The notes under the pieces are model-generated. The model was not told the origin of the DNA and searched no databases. It worked only from the letters and a program-made list of their open reading frames with translations. Shown here in pieces: positions 13,085 to 24,754 of a stretch of 64,000 nt of DNA. Position 1 is the stretch's first letter; each line of letters starts with the position of its first letter. Both the position numbers and the translations under genes were made by a program. Source of the stretch: Lama guanicoe (lineage: Eukaryota); the NCBI GenBank assembly GCA_013239625.1, contig MU055744.1, positions 526,355 through 590,354 on the forward strand, given 5' to 3'.

Positions 13085-13919
13085 CTAAGAAGGAGAGAGG
13101 CAGGGACAGGGTAGGGGGACATGGAAAGAGGGTCGGGGCAGCTGGGACTTGAGGCCAAGATGCTGGCAGCCCATCCATCTCCTGGACTTGCAGTTGCTAA
13201 CAGCCAGCATCTCCCAGCTCAGACCGTGGCACAGTGGCACCCTGGAAAGGGCGTTTTAATGTCACTGAGCAGCCTGACTCCCAAAGCTGGCAGGCTCTTC
13301 TTCCCAGCACCCTGGTGCCAAAGCAACACCCCCAGCCCAGCGCTCCCAGGCAGCCCTTCTCCTCCCAGACCTGCCAGCTCTGAAATGCATTTTTAAAATG
13401 GAGAATACCAGCCGGAGACAGGCTCTCTATTGATACATTGCTCAGGGAAGGCAAGCCCACTTAAAATGCCCAGCGGCCCCCGCACACGCTTGCCACTCAC
13501 ACTTCACGCCGCGCATGTGGCCAAAACCCCCACCCTCCACACTGAGTCTACAATGCACCCAGCCCCAGATGTGCCTCCTGCCCTCCTGGTCTGGTCGCCA
13601 AGACACCGTGCCCACCTCCTGCCCGGGGAGCCCCAAGGGCAGCATTATGGCCAAAGGCAGGGGCTGAGGGAGCTCCAGAAACGGGTTGGGGTGGGAGTTA
13701 GGTCAGTCCCCCCGGCTCTGAAAACGCTGGGGGACCTGGATATCCTGCTCCACCTTCCCCCCAGATGACAATAGCAGCCAAATGCCCCTCCCCATGCTGC
13801 CCTTTGAACTTCTCAGCAGGGAGTGGGTAGCCAGGGAGTCTGGGAGGGAGGGGTCAGGGCTGAGGGTCCTGGGGCACCCGGCACCAGTCTGGGGTCAGCC
13901 TGCACCCCTTCCTCCACCC

Positions 13920-14745
13920 CAGGTACGCCGGCACTCAGGCCGTCTCCCCAATCGCCCCGCTGGGCGCCTGGCTGCGCGGAGCTGCTCCCCGACTTTGCCG
14001 GCTCCCCCAGGCCGGGCCGGGCGGGCGCCTCGCACGCAGGGAGGAAAATGGCGTTGGATGCACGTACTTGGGTGAGTTCAGTGCCCATCAGGATGAGGAA
14101 GAGGAGGCTGAGGAGCTTCCGGGCCGGTTGCATGTCTCACGGCCACCTCCAACGTCCTGGCGTGCAGGGAGCCCTGGGTGCTCGGCGGCCGGCGGCTGCG
14201 TGTACGCGGACGCGCTCCTGGCTCGGCTGGCTCCCCGGCGGCGCCTGGCCGTGTCCCCGCGCCTTCAGCACCCGGAGCAGGCGGCGCGTGGGGTCTGCTG
14301 CGCGGAGCCTCCGTTCTGCATCTCGAGCGCGTCGCGCGGCTCCGCGGTCGGCCGGGCTGGGCGGCGGGCGGGCGGGGCGGGCCGCCCTCGGCCCCTCCTC
14401 GGCCCCTCCTCCCAACGGCCCCGCGCCCGCAGAGCTCGGGCGCGCGGCCGGGCGGCCTGGGTGCCAAAAGTTTGCCGGCAAGGGGCGGGGGCGGGGTGGC
14501 GCGGAGGGACCCGCGCGCCACGCTCGCGCGCGGGAGTGGGGCGGCGGCGGCGGCGAAGGCGGGGAAGCAGGCCGGGACAGGATGTGACATCACAAAGGCG
14601 GGGGAAATTTAACTCTAGGAGAGTGAACTCCAGCCTGGCTGGCCGCAGCGGCAGCCGATTCGGGGTCCCCCGGGCGCAGCGAGAGGACTTAGAGCGGGGA
14701 GGGGGGCGGCAGCGGAGGGCGGCATCCTGGGTGCCGGCCGGGATG
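13920..14745 (-). promoter_or_regulatory. CpG island / TATA-less promoter of OLFM1 exon A
   Basis: Dense CpG, tandem GC boxes GGGGCGGGGGCGGGG at 14482-14496, (GGC)n at ~14541-14554 and a CRE-like TGACATCA at 14585-14592, all upstream of the exon A ATG. Confidence 0.85.
14068..14133 (-). CDS. OLFM1: OLFM1 alternative first coding exon A (AMY/AMZ isoforms), 22-codon signal peptide
   Basis: ATG at 14133 reads MQPARKLLSLLFLILMGTELTQ, the known noelin A signal peptide. Donor CAA|GTACGT at 14067, phase 0, in frame with the M exon (intron 160-14067). Confidence 0.96.
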
Positions 14746-15984
14746 CAGAGGCTTGGCTTGTTGGGGAAGTGTTCTTAGAGTCCACGCCTTAATGCGATAA
14801 ACCGAGGCCCGGACTGGGGAGGGATGGTTCCAGGAGTGGGCTGGGGGGATGGGTGCAGAGGTGCGAAGTGGGTCATCTGGCACCGTAGGCCTTTTTCCTG
14901 TCCTTCTGGGGTGACCAGCAAGGGGGTGAAGGGGGAGCAGCCATGGCGTGCTGGGGCCTCTGTCCCCATGCAGGGCGTGTGGGGGAGGGTCTGTCCTTGT
15001 GTGCGTGGTTCGTGGGCACCATGTGGGAGTGGGCACACACAGGCTTGTGGTCTGCACTGGGTTGTATGCACGTGTGTTCAGATGGAAAGAGAGACACGGC
15101 TCTGTCTACCCCAGATGTCCTCCCTGACCGAGGAGCCTGGGGCGGAGCTCACAAGCCGGGCGTGGGCTTCTGGGACCGCCCCCACCACCTGCAGTCCTCT
15201 TATCCCCAGGCCTGGAGACCACTCTCCAGCAGGTGAGGAGGTGTGCTCTGTCCCTTCCTCCCTCTCTGTGTCATGTACTCCCAGCCCAGATCCAAGTCTT
15301 GGACCCTGGAGAGCTTGTCCTCGGGGCCACATTTTCCATTTGCAGGGAGAAGTCCCCAGGCACCTCTGCTTTCTGGGAAGCTACGCTGGAACTAGGCATT
15401 TAGAAACACCTCTCTTACCTCTTCCCCAAAGTTTAGTATTTAGTCTTTGGAAAATAAACTCTATAAAGGAAAAAATCTACCAGCAAGAGGCTCCAGACCT
15501 GGTAATCACAGAACGCCGAGCAGCCAGGGGTGATGTGATGTGGTCCAGCCCCGTCACATCATGACAGGAAACTGGAGCCTGGGGGAGGGGTTACTCACAT
15601 GGCGTCCCCCCGCGAGTCCCGCCTTGTTGCCATCCTCCTTGCACTTGAGAAGGTTCTGCCTCGGAGGAACTCTGTCCTCTGAGCCCACATGGCTGAGCTC
15701 AACCAAGGCAGCCACAGAGGGCTGGGCATTCTGGTAAGGAGCGAGCTTCCCATCCCTGGAGGTGTTTGAGCAGTGAGAGTGGGATGCCCTCAGGCCAGGT
15801 GGGCCCTGAGGTTCTGAGATGGAATGGGAGGAAAGGAGGGGGGCAGCTGGGGGGGCTCTTTCCTCTCTTCTCCTCCTCTGTGTTCTCATTCTCTTCCAAT
15901 GAGGGAAAGCGGCTGGGAAGCCCCATGGCCTCTGGGCTCCTGGGGACCCCCGAGAGGGGCTGCGTTTGGAGCTGGAGGTGCTGT

Positions 15985-16110
15985 GCCTGGTCCTGGCCCC
16001 TCCTGGGAGTGGCTCTTTGAGCCTCAGTTTTCAATCCTGTAGATGCCGATACCGTGTGTCCCACAGGCTGCTAAGAAGACTGAGTGAGGGATGGGGCAAA
16101 GCATTTTATA
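15985..16110 (+). mobile_element. MIR SINE fragment
   Basis: CTCTTTGAGCCTCAGTTTTCAATCCTGTAGATG...ACAGGCTGCTAAGAAGACTGAGTGAG. Confidence 0.65.
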
Positions 16111-16394
16111 AACCTGAGAGAACAGCCAAAAAGGAGCTGAGAGAGCCTTGAGCCCCCACGGCCCCGGGGCACCTCCCAGCCTCTTCCTCAGCCCCCACGT
16201 CCCCGTGCCAGGGCTGCAGCAGCTGCTAGGGGCACGGATGCGGACGGAGGGCGGGGGACATGGTCATGGGGCTGGCCCAGTCTTTGGGGCTTTGTTTTAT
16301 GGGCGGGGGAGGAAGGCTGTGTGGACTTCCTCGGGTGGACTGAGAGCTAAGATCTAATCATAGCAAGAATTGCCTTTATTTAAAAAATCATATA

Positions 16395-16965
16395 AGTATA
16401 TGAACCAGTAACTGCCCTTCTGGGCACGGAGCCAAAGGAGTTGACGGCAGATTCTCAAACAGGTATCTGTACACCTGTGCTCATAGCTGCATCACCGACA
16501 GCAGCAAAAAATGGGAACCCAGTGTCCATTGGCAGATGAGCGAATCAACAAAATGTGGTGTGTTTGTGCAGAGGAATACCATTCAGCCCTAGCAAGGAAG
16601 GGAATTCTCACACAGGCTGCAGGGATGCACCCTGAGGACATTCTGCTGAGTAAAACGGGCCGGTCTCAAAAGGATGCGTGTTGCATGTTTCCACTTAGAG
16701 GAGGGACCTAGAAAAGGCAAATTGGCAGAAACTGAGAGTCGATTAGAAGTTACAAGGGACGGAAGGGAGGGTGGATGGGGCGCAGTTACCTGATGATACA
16801 GAATTTCTGTTTGGGGTGACGAAAAAGTTTTGGAAATAGTGGTGACAGTTGCACAAGATGGCAAATGTCATTAATGCCACTGAATTGGACACGTAAAATG
16901 GTCAGCATTTTACTGTATACATTTATATATTTTACTATGTACAATTTTTACCACAATTAAAAAGA
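16395..16965 (+). mobile_element. LINE-1 (L1MB-like) ORF2 end and 3' UTR
   Basis: AACCCAGTGTCCATTGGCAGATGAGCGAATCAACAAAATGTGGT...GGAATACCATTCAGCC...GAGGACATTCTGCTGAGTAAA...GAAAAAGTTTTGGAAATAGTGGTGACAGTTGCACAA...TTAATGCCACTGAATTG, ending in an A-rich tail. Confidence 0.9.
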
Positions 16966-19599
16966 ATCATATAATATACCAAAATCTTTGACTTGAACTG
17001 GTAGGTAAATTATATCCAATAAAGTTGTTTTTAAAGGTTACACAGACTCATTATTTCTTTGAAAAAATAAAATACAAAAAAGGAGGTGGCAACAGTGACA
17101 GCTGCCCCGTGTAACCGGGGTTGCCACCTGGTGGTCACGGTGCAGACATGGACATGCATGTGTGCAGAGGAGGGACGAAGAAGTGTCAGACGGTGTCCCC
17201 TGGAGCCAGGCCTGCCCCCGGCCGTGGGCTCCTCCCCGCCCCGTGCCCTCCCTTCTGTGGGAGGCGTGGCCGAGGCAGCCCCTGCGTGCCAGCCGCTTGC
17301 GGTGAGGACCAGCGGCCCTGGGGAAGGGCCCAGGACCGTGCCTGGGGCACAGACTCAGGGCTGGAGGCAGAGAGGACGGACAGGCCCGCGCGCGCGGATG
17401 GAGGGGAACGAAGCCACCCGTGTGTGCTTTGCTGCTTGGAAGTCCTAGCTTGTGCCTGGTCTTAGCAGAGGATGGGAAAACGAAGTCAAGCTGAAGAAAT
17501 TGCTAACTAAAAGCTCTTTTATCTTCACTGCACGAGCTGCAGTCTCCTGGGAGAACCCTCCGAAGCGGAAGGAGAAAGGTCTGCGTGGACGGTTCTGCAC
17601 CCGTCTGGAAGTGGAGTGTCCCACACCGCCGCCCCCAGCCTCCGTCCTGACCACGACAGCCACGTCCTGCTGTGGAAGATGAGGCGGTGGTCACGCCTCC
17701 CTCTGCCCTGGCGTCCCCTCGCCCATCTCTGCATTTTCAGCGCTGACATTCGCATTGTCAGGGTTTCTAACGTTCACGTTCACTCCTGCCACCCGAGCCG
17801 CCTCGTTGGTTGGTCGTCATTCTGGATCAGAGTCGGGGCAGAGCCCACCCAGGCCCCCAGCAGCCCTCCTGTGTTCCTAGCTCCCATCCAGCGCTGTGGG
17901 GTCGGCCGAAGTCAGGGTGCAAGGTGACCGCCGTGCCGGCCGCTGCCGCACCTCTCTGCTGACCAGCCTGGACTGCTGTCTGTCTTCTCACCTGCCGGCT
18001 CTCCCACCTGGGAGGCCGCAAAGCCCCGCAGAGCAGCGGCTCCAAGCAGAGGTGGGCTTGCGGCTCACGTCTGAGGGCCCGGGGGGCTGGGGCAGCCTCC
18101 TGTCCCTTGGTGCCCGCCCTGGGCCCCTTTGTACAGCAGGTCCTAGGCACCCCACCCCCTCCTGCTGTCCTGGTGGAACTCAAGCCAGAGCTCAGAAGGC
18201 GCCGAGTTCCCGCTGTGACTCCTCAGGAAGTCCGCCGAGTCGGTGGCTTCGTGCTCCTTTAAGATGAGCCTCCTTCCGCTCCGGCCTCATTACGATGTGA
18301 CACAGTGGTTGCCAAGGCAACGGCACTAACTCTTTCCTCTCTTCCCCGAAAATTTCCTAGCAAGTGGGGCTGAAGCCATGTGAGCTGGAGCTGCCCGGCC
18401 TCCTGCGCTCGGAGCCAGCGGGCTGCCCGCTGTCCCCGTTCCAGGCGCAGAGCCCATCCCCCCGCACCCCTCCCTCCAACTCCACCTCCACCCTCCCTTC
18501 TCAGCCTCCTTGGGTTGAACTGACCCTCAGGAAGGGCAAGTGTTGATGGAGACCCACTGTGTGACAGGCTGGGCCAGACAGAGGCTCCCTGGGGCTGTGG
18601 GCACCGGCTGGGCGCTGGCCACAAGCTTGTACCAGGACCCCGGCTGCCTTCCCTCGTCAGCCTAGGGTCTACGTAGCCGGGCAAGACTACTAACCTTCGG
18701 AAGTCACCTTCACCTGGGAAGGAGATGCGGTTGGTTCTGGACATGGTGCAGTGTCATTGAGGTGGCCGGTACAGCAGCAGGGACCAAACCGCCGCCAGCT
18801 TTCCCGGCCCCACTGTGTGCCGGGCCCGTGCTGGGGGCTGTGCATCGTCCCTCTGGAGGACCCCCGGCCTCGTGGGACGTGGTGTGTGGCGTCCTCCTGC
18901 AGGGTTCACCCAGGAGCCGACGGCCCCGAGACCCCGCACTGCCCTGGCCCCAGCCCGCCTTACCCCTCCCTGCAGCCTCCCCCCCGCCCCGTCCAGCTGG
19001 GCCTCCAGGAACCACCCTTGGCGCCTCCTGGCCGGCCTCACCCTCCCAGCTCTCCGAGGGCTGCCACGACCCCTCAGGCCACCCCACACGAACTCATGAC
19101 TTCCCGCCAAGGGGGCTTGGTGCGCCAGGAGTCCCGCCTCAGCCGCCCCAGCTCTGACGGTCCTAGCCTCGCAGATCTGCTCCCCTCCCCGCGCTGCGCT
19201 GCAGTCCTGGGGGCCGTGCGCCTCCCTCTGCCCCGGGGGGCTGTCCTCCCGTCAACCCCGCCCTCCCCCTCGCTCTGCTCCTCCCTGTGGGACTATTCCC
19301 ACCCGCCACCAACGGTGGTCTTACTCTCCTTGCTTAAGGAAAGGAAACCTCCTTACCCTTTCCCCCTAGACCATCGCCCCGCCTCTCTGCTCCCTGGTGC
19401 AGAGACACGGTCTCCACTCACTGTGTCTGTAGTTCCTCCTCCGGTTCTCTCCCGAGCCCCCTGCTCAGAACTGCTGTGGTCCCGCTTAGAAAACCAGCAG
19501 CGTCCCGGTGTGGTCAGTGCCCCTCCTGCCTGGAGCCCTCCCTTCCTCTGGACCCAGCAGGCCTCTCCCTGCGGCTCGCACCAGGCTCCTTGCTGGTCC

Positions 19600-20000
19600 C
19601 CACCATCTTCCTGTGTTCCTGAAGGTCTTTGCCAGGCGCCTCCTCCAGGCCACGACTCCAAGCACATCTCTGTGCTGCCCCCAGCTGCATGCGGTGCAGC
19701 CTTTTCCCTGGAGTGCAGACAGGTAGCCGTGCTCATCGGCTGGTGGCCACATCGCTCAGTCCTGGAGCCCAGCAGCTCCAAACTCTCCACTCCATCTTCA
19801 CATCCTTCTCCCCTGCGGCTCCTCTTGTAAGGACACTTGGGACGGCACGTGGGGCCACCTGGATTATCCAGAAAGATCTCCCCTCCAAGAGCCTTAACTC
19901 GATTCTGGTTGCACAGACACCTTTTCCGTCCGAGGCAACGTTCACAGGGACCAGGGACTGGGACGCGGGCATCTTTTGGAGAGTCGTTTTCCCCACAGCG
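19600..20000 (-). mobile_element. MaLR LTR (MLT1C/D-like)
   Basis: CTCTTGTAAGGACACTTG...GGGGCCACCTGGATTATCCAGAAAGATCTCCCCTCCAAGAGCCTTAACT...TTCACAGG matches MLT1 in reverse. Confidence 0.75.
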
Positions 20001-22285
20001 GGAATAGGAAGCAGGCAAGCAAGCAGATGCAACAGCTCGGAGCTGCTAACTGCGGTCGGTGCTGCGCCGCCGAAGAGTGGGGCGCCGGGACCCGGAGGGC
20101 GTTTGGGCCGGACCAACCCTCTGAGGAGCCCACGGGAAGGGAGAGAGTGTCCCACCGGAGGCTGGGGTGGGGTGAGATTTGGAGAATCTGGGGGGGCTGG
20201 GGAGAGAGAAGGCCAGCATGGCCAGGGTGGGCAGAGGGCACGGGGCTGGGAGGGGACCAGGGCCTGACCAGTCACAGAAAGGCCTTTAGATTCTGTTCTC
20301 ATGACAAGGCAGCCCTGGGGTTTAGGGAAGGGAGGTGGCAGGGTCTGATCTGCGATTTGAGAACTCTGCCTGACTGTGGAGGAGGGGTCGAGGGCGCCAA
20401 GGTGGTTGTCCTGGGGCAGCTGAAAGGGTCGCTCGAGTGATGACTGGGCTTGGCCTGGGGGTGCAGCCAGGCGAGAAGTTTCAGGGTGGATGGCGAATCT
20501 CATTCGGAGAGTGGGGACAGGACATGCTGATGGCTGGGGTGGGGCTGGAAAACCAAGGCTGGTCTAGAAGCTGGCTTGGGGCTTGGGTGGATAAGAGGCC
20601 TTCACTGCAGGGGGAGACACAGGGAGAAGCTGGGGGTGGGGGAGCCAGGGCCTCAGGGTGGGGTGTCCTGGGGGAGGAGCCTGGGAGAAGACGCTGGGTG
20701 TGGGGGGCCAAGTCAGAGGCTGGGGGCTCGCCATCCATTGCTGCTGTGGGGTTGGGTCCAGTGCAATGTCCCCTGCTTCTTGCCTGAGGGCCCAGCCCAG
20801 ACCCCCAGCCCCGGGCCTGGCGGGTTCCCAGGGAGGGGTTCCCATCCAGGTAGCCCACCCAGGGCCCGGCTTTCCTCCTGGTCGAGGGAGGGGAAGGAAG
20901 GTGCAATTGTTAAACTTGCTGTGCATCGTGGCGCTCGCGACGGCATGTGTGTGAAGTGCATTCTCACCACATCTGTATTTAAGCCATGTTGCTTCCACCT
21001 TTACAGAGTGAGGACCCCGGTCCTAAGCTGCTAAGCGCCCCACCCCAGGGGGTAGGAGAGCTGTGGGTCTGTGACTTCCGGCCTCCGGGTCTTCTCACTC
21101 TACCAGGTTGCCCTGCTGGGATTCCAGTCAGCTCCGCCCTTGCACCCCCTCCCAAGGCTGGAGCTCTCCTCCCCAGTTCCACCCTTGCAGCAGGGGACCA
21201 GGTAGACCAGACAGCTGAACAGTGGCCCTGGCCAGGCCAGGGCCAGGAGCCTTGCGTCTCTCAACTGCCGGTGCCTCATCTTGCATGCAGGGAGACTGGG
21301 GCAGGGACACAGGCTGCCTCGGGGCCGAGACCCTCAGGATCCACAGCCCTGCTCGCCCTTGTCCGGCTGCCCCTCCTCCGAACAGATCTCCGCTCAGCCC
21401 TGCATACACACCTGCCGAGACACACTCTCCCGGACTCGGCAGCTTTGCCTGCTGACTGTCTGGTTCCCCCGGTGCAATCTGAGAACAAAGATGTCAAGAA
21501 AAGCAAAGGCCATTAAATGCACCAGCGAAGGTCGGGGTTTAGGAAAAACAGCAAAAGGAAGTAAGACACGTCAATTTCCACGGGCTCTCCTGCTGGTGTC
21601 GGCCAGCAACAGTGACAAATTGGAGATAGGCTGAAATTCTGGACCCGCCCCACTATTGGGGGAAGATCCTTGCCGCCCTCTGGGCCGTCCGGATGCGGGG
21701 AGGTGGGGCGGGGAACTGCTTGGCCTCCAAGACCACTTCCCGAAGTCTTTGTTCTGGCTAAGAAACGCGAGGCTGAGACTGAACGGGGAGGTCGCTTGGG
21801 GCTCCGGAAGGATGGGACGGCCCTGCAGCAGAGCAGTCGGAGGCTTCCGAGGCTCGGAGGCTGGCTGATGACTCCTTTTCTGACTTGCGTGGTTTGCTGT
21901 CCTTCTGCAGAGAGACTAGAACCTCCAGGAGATACTGTCTAAGGGCCCGAGAGCGGGAGTCCTTGTTTTGCCCCTGGTCTCGAGGGGAAAGCCTTCTCCG
22001 CCACTGAGCGTGCTGCGAGCTTGGGTTTTACATTCCTACCCCGTGTAGCTCTGTTCTAGGTCCCCGAGAGTTCTGCTGTAGCTGGATCTTTAGTTTTGTC
22101 AGATGCATTTTCTTTCTGTGTCCTTGACAATAATCACAGAGCTTTCCCTCTTCAGTCTGTCATCATGGTAAATTATGTGGATGGATTTGTAAACGTTAAA
22201 CCATCCTTGCATTCTGAGACAACCCCTCCTGGGTCAAGATGCATCGTCCTTTTTCTGTGTTGCTAGATTTCCTGTACCGCTAATA

Positions 22286-22420
22286 TTTTTTAAACATTTT
22301 TTGTTGATTTATAGTCGTTTTACAATGTTGTGTCGAACTCCAGTGTAGAGCACAATTTTTCAGTTGTACATGAACATGTATATATTCACTGTCGCATTTT
22401 TTTCTCTGTGAGCTACCATA
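22286..22420 (-). mobile_element. Young 5'-truncated L1 3' end (camelid-type) nested in the old L1
   Basis: T-run then TTGATTTATAGTCGTTTTACAATGTTGTGTCGAACTCCAGTGTAGAGCACAATTTTTCAGTTGTACATGAACAT...GAGCTACCATA. Flanks GCTAATATTTT and GCCAGCATTTT may be a decayed target-site duplication. Confidence 0.75.
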
Positions 22421-24389
22421 TTGCCAGCATTTTGTTAAAGACCTTCTTGTCTGCAGTCATGAGGAGTATTGGTTCCTAGCTGTCTTTCTTCAGTGCTCTT
22501 GTCTCTTTTTGTGTCAGGATTATGCTGGCCTCATAAAGCAAGCTGAGGAATTCTCCCTACTCTTTTGTTGTCTGAAATGGTTCACGCAGCTTTGATGCAG
22601 TATCTTTTTGAATGTTTGATAAAATCACCAGTGAAACCGTCTGGACCTGGAACTTCCTTGGTGGGAAGGTTTGTTTCCCTTGTTTAAAAATTCATTTAAA
22701 AAAAAGGCTACAGAAATAGTCAGATCTTGTCTCTCACTTAGTGTGAATTTGGGGGTAAGTATTTTTTTTTTAAGGAATTTGTCCTTTTAGCTGCAGTTGT
22801 CAGCATGAGGTTATACATGATGTTCTCTTATTAAAGTTTTAATGTTACTGAATTTATCAGCAGAAAGTTACTCATACTACCTTTTTATTGTCCCCTGAAG
22901 ACCCGAAACAACAACCAGTCTTACATCCCTGGTACTGAAGATTTATGTTTTTCTCTCATGTTATTTTGGTCATGCTGGCTAGGATCTTGTCAACTGTTTG
23001 ATCTTTTCAAAGAATCAGCTTTTGGCTTTGTTAATTTTCTCTATGTTTTGTTGGCTTCCAATTTCTTTCCTTATTATTATTTTTTCTTCCTTCTATTCAC
23101 TCTGGGTTGATCTTGCTCTTCTGTCAGCCCTTGGTAGAGCCTCAGGTTGCTGATTGTAGAGCTCTGAATAGACACAGGCTATACTCTGACACAAGCTGTT
23201 CATTCCCCTCAGAGCACTGCTTTCACTGCACCCCACAGATTGTCATATGCTGTCTTTCCAAGGTCATTCAGTCTGAAGTATTTTCTGCTCTCCACGTGAC
23301 TTCTCTCCTGAGCATGGGTCATTAGCTGCTGCTGGTGCCCGTGTGTTTGGGGTTCCTAGGCATCTGGCTGTTCTTGGTTTCTGATTCAGTTCCATTGTGG
23401 TCAGGAAATGTGCTCTAACACTAAGTCTTTTAAATTTAGTTTACTTGCTGTGTGGCTCAGAAAATGGTCTGTCTTGGTGAGCAGACTATGTACACTTAGG
23501 AAAGGTGTGAATTTTTCATTGTTGGGGACGGCGTTTGGTACATGTCAACTCCGTCATGCTGACAGTGTTGCAGGTCCTCCGTGTTTTTACTGACTTTTTT
23601 TTTCATTCTGCTTTTCCATCAGTCGTTGGGAGAGGGGCATTAAAAGTGCTCTCCAGTGATTGAGGAATTGTAGTACTTTCTTCAGTTCTGTCAGTGTCTC
23701 TTCCATGTATTTAGAGGCTCTGTTATTAGGAGCACACACATCATGGGTGCTTTGTCTTCCTGATAACTTTGCCCTCTTATCCGTATGAAACGTCCATCTC
23801 CAGCTTTGGCAACATTCTTTGTCCTGGTGTCTATTACATCTAATATTAATAGAGCTACTGCAGCTTATTTACATTCTTTGCACAGTATATATGTTTTTAT
23901 CCATTTACTTTCAACCTGTTTTTGTCTTTATATTTAAAGTGCTCCTCCTGTAGACAGTATAGAGTTGGGTCTTGCTTTTTTTTTTTTTAAATTAATTCAT
24001 CCTGATAACCTCTGCCTTTTAATTGGAGTACTTATTCTATTAAAATTCAAGTGTATTTTTATATTTTTTTTCACTTTCTCTTCTGTTTTTTGTTTGTTTT
24101 TGTTTTTCTTTACTACTTTCTTACTTTATTTGATTTACTATTTAAAAAATAACTCCATTATAACTTACCTCTTGAATTTTAAGTTATGCATCTTTGCATT
24201 GTGATTTTAGTGGTTATCCAGTGATTGCACCTGTGCTCCATAATTTTTCACAGTCACCTGGGTTAACACTGTGCCACTTCATAAGCATGTAAATCCATTC
24301 ACACCCTCATCCTTTATGTTATTGTCAAATGTATTACTTCACATACATTATAAACCCTGAAGACAGTACTTCTTGCTTTAACCAGTCAT

Positions 24390-24754
24390 TTTTTTTAGGG
24401 TTAATAGTTTTTTTGTATATATATGTTTTATTGAAGTATGGTCAGTTCACAATCTTGGGTCAGTTTCTGTGTACAGCATGATGCTTTGGTCGGACATGAA
24501 CACACATATATTTATTGTTGTATTCTTTTCCACCATAAGTTACTGCAAGATATTGAATACAGCTCCGTGTGCTCTACAGCATAAACTTGTTGTTTATCAG
24601 GTTTTGTGAGAATCCTCCTGTATTACGAAGTGAGAAACACTCTGCCAGAGCTCAGTAGGTATTCTGCACGATTCAGTGGATCTGTAGATGTAATTCTTGG
24701 TGCATTTGTGGGAGAGGGCGAGCTGTGGGTCCCCACTCTGCCATCTTGGTCAGC
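24390..24754 (-). mobile_element. Short L1 derivative: 5' UTR start fused to 3' UTR and poly(A) tail (internally deleted or spliced L1)
   Basis: Minus strand begins CCAAGATGGCAGAGTGGGGACCCACAGCTCGCCCTCTCCCACAAATGCACCAAGAATTACATCTACA (YY1 motif 24740-24748), joins at 24598/24597 to ATAAACAACAAGTTTATGCTGTAGAGCACA...ACTTCAATAAAA (AATAAA 24427-24432) and an A-rich tail. Confidence 0.75.

Noticed and set aside
13813-14067. Extension of the exon A ORF to 106 aa
   Set aside because: It runs past the CAA|GTACGT donor into low-complexity intron sequence; no support for intron retention.
18751-19830. 359-aa + strand ORF
   Set aside because: Pro/Ser/Leu-rich with no recognisable domain, overlaps an MLT1 LTR, and is expected by chance at this GC content.
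23965-24204. Hydrophobic Phe/Leu-rich 79-aa ORF resembling a membrane peptide
   Set aside because: Translation of the T-rich antisense strand of an old L1.
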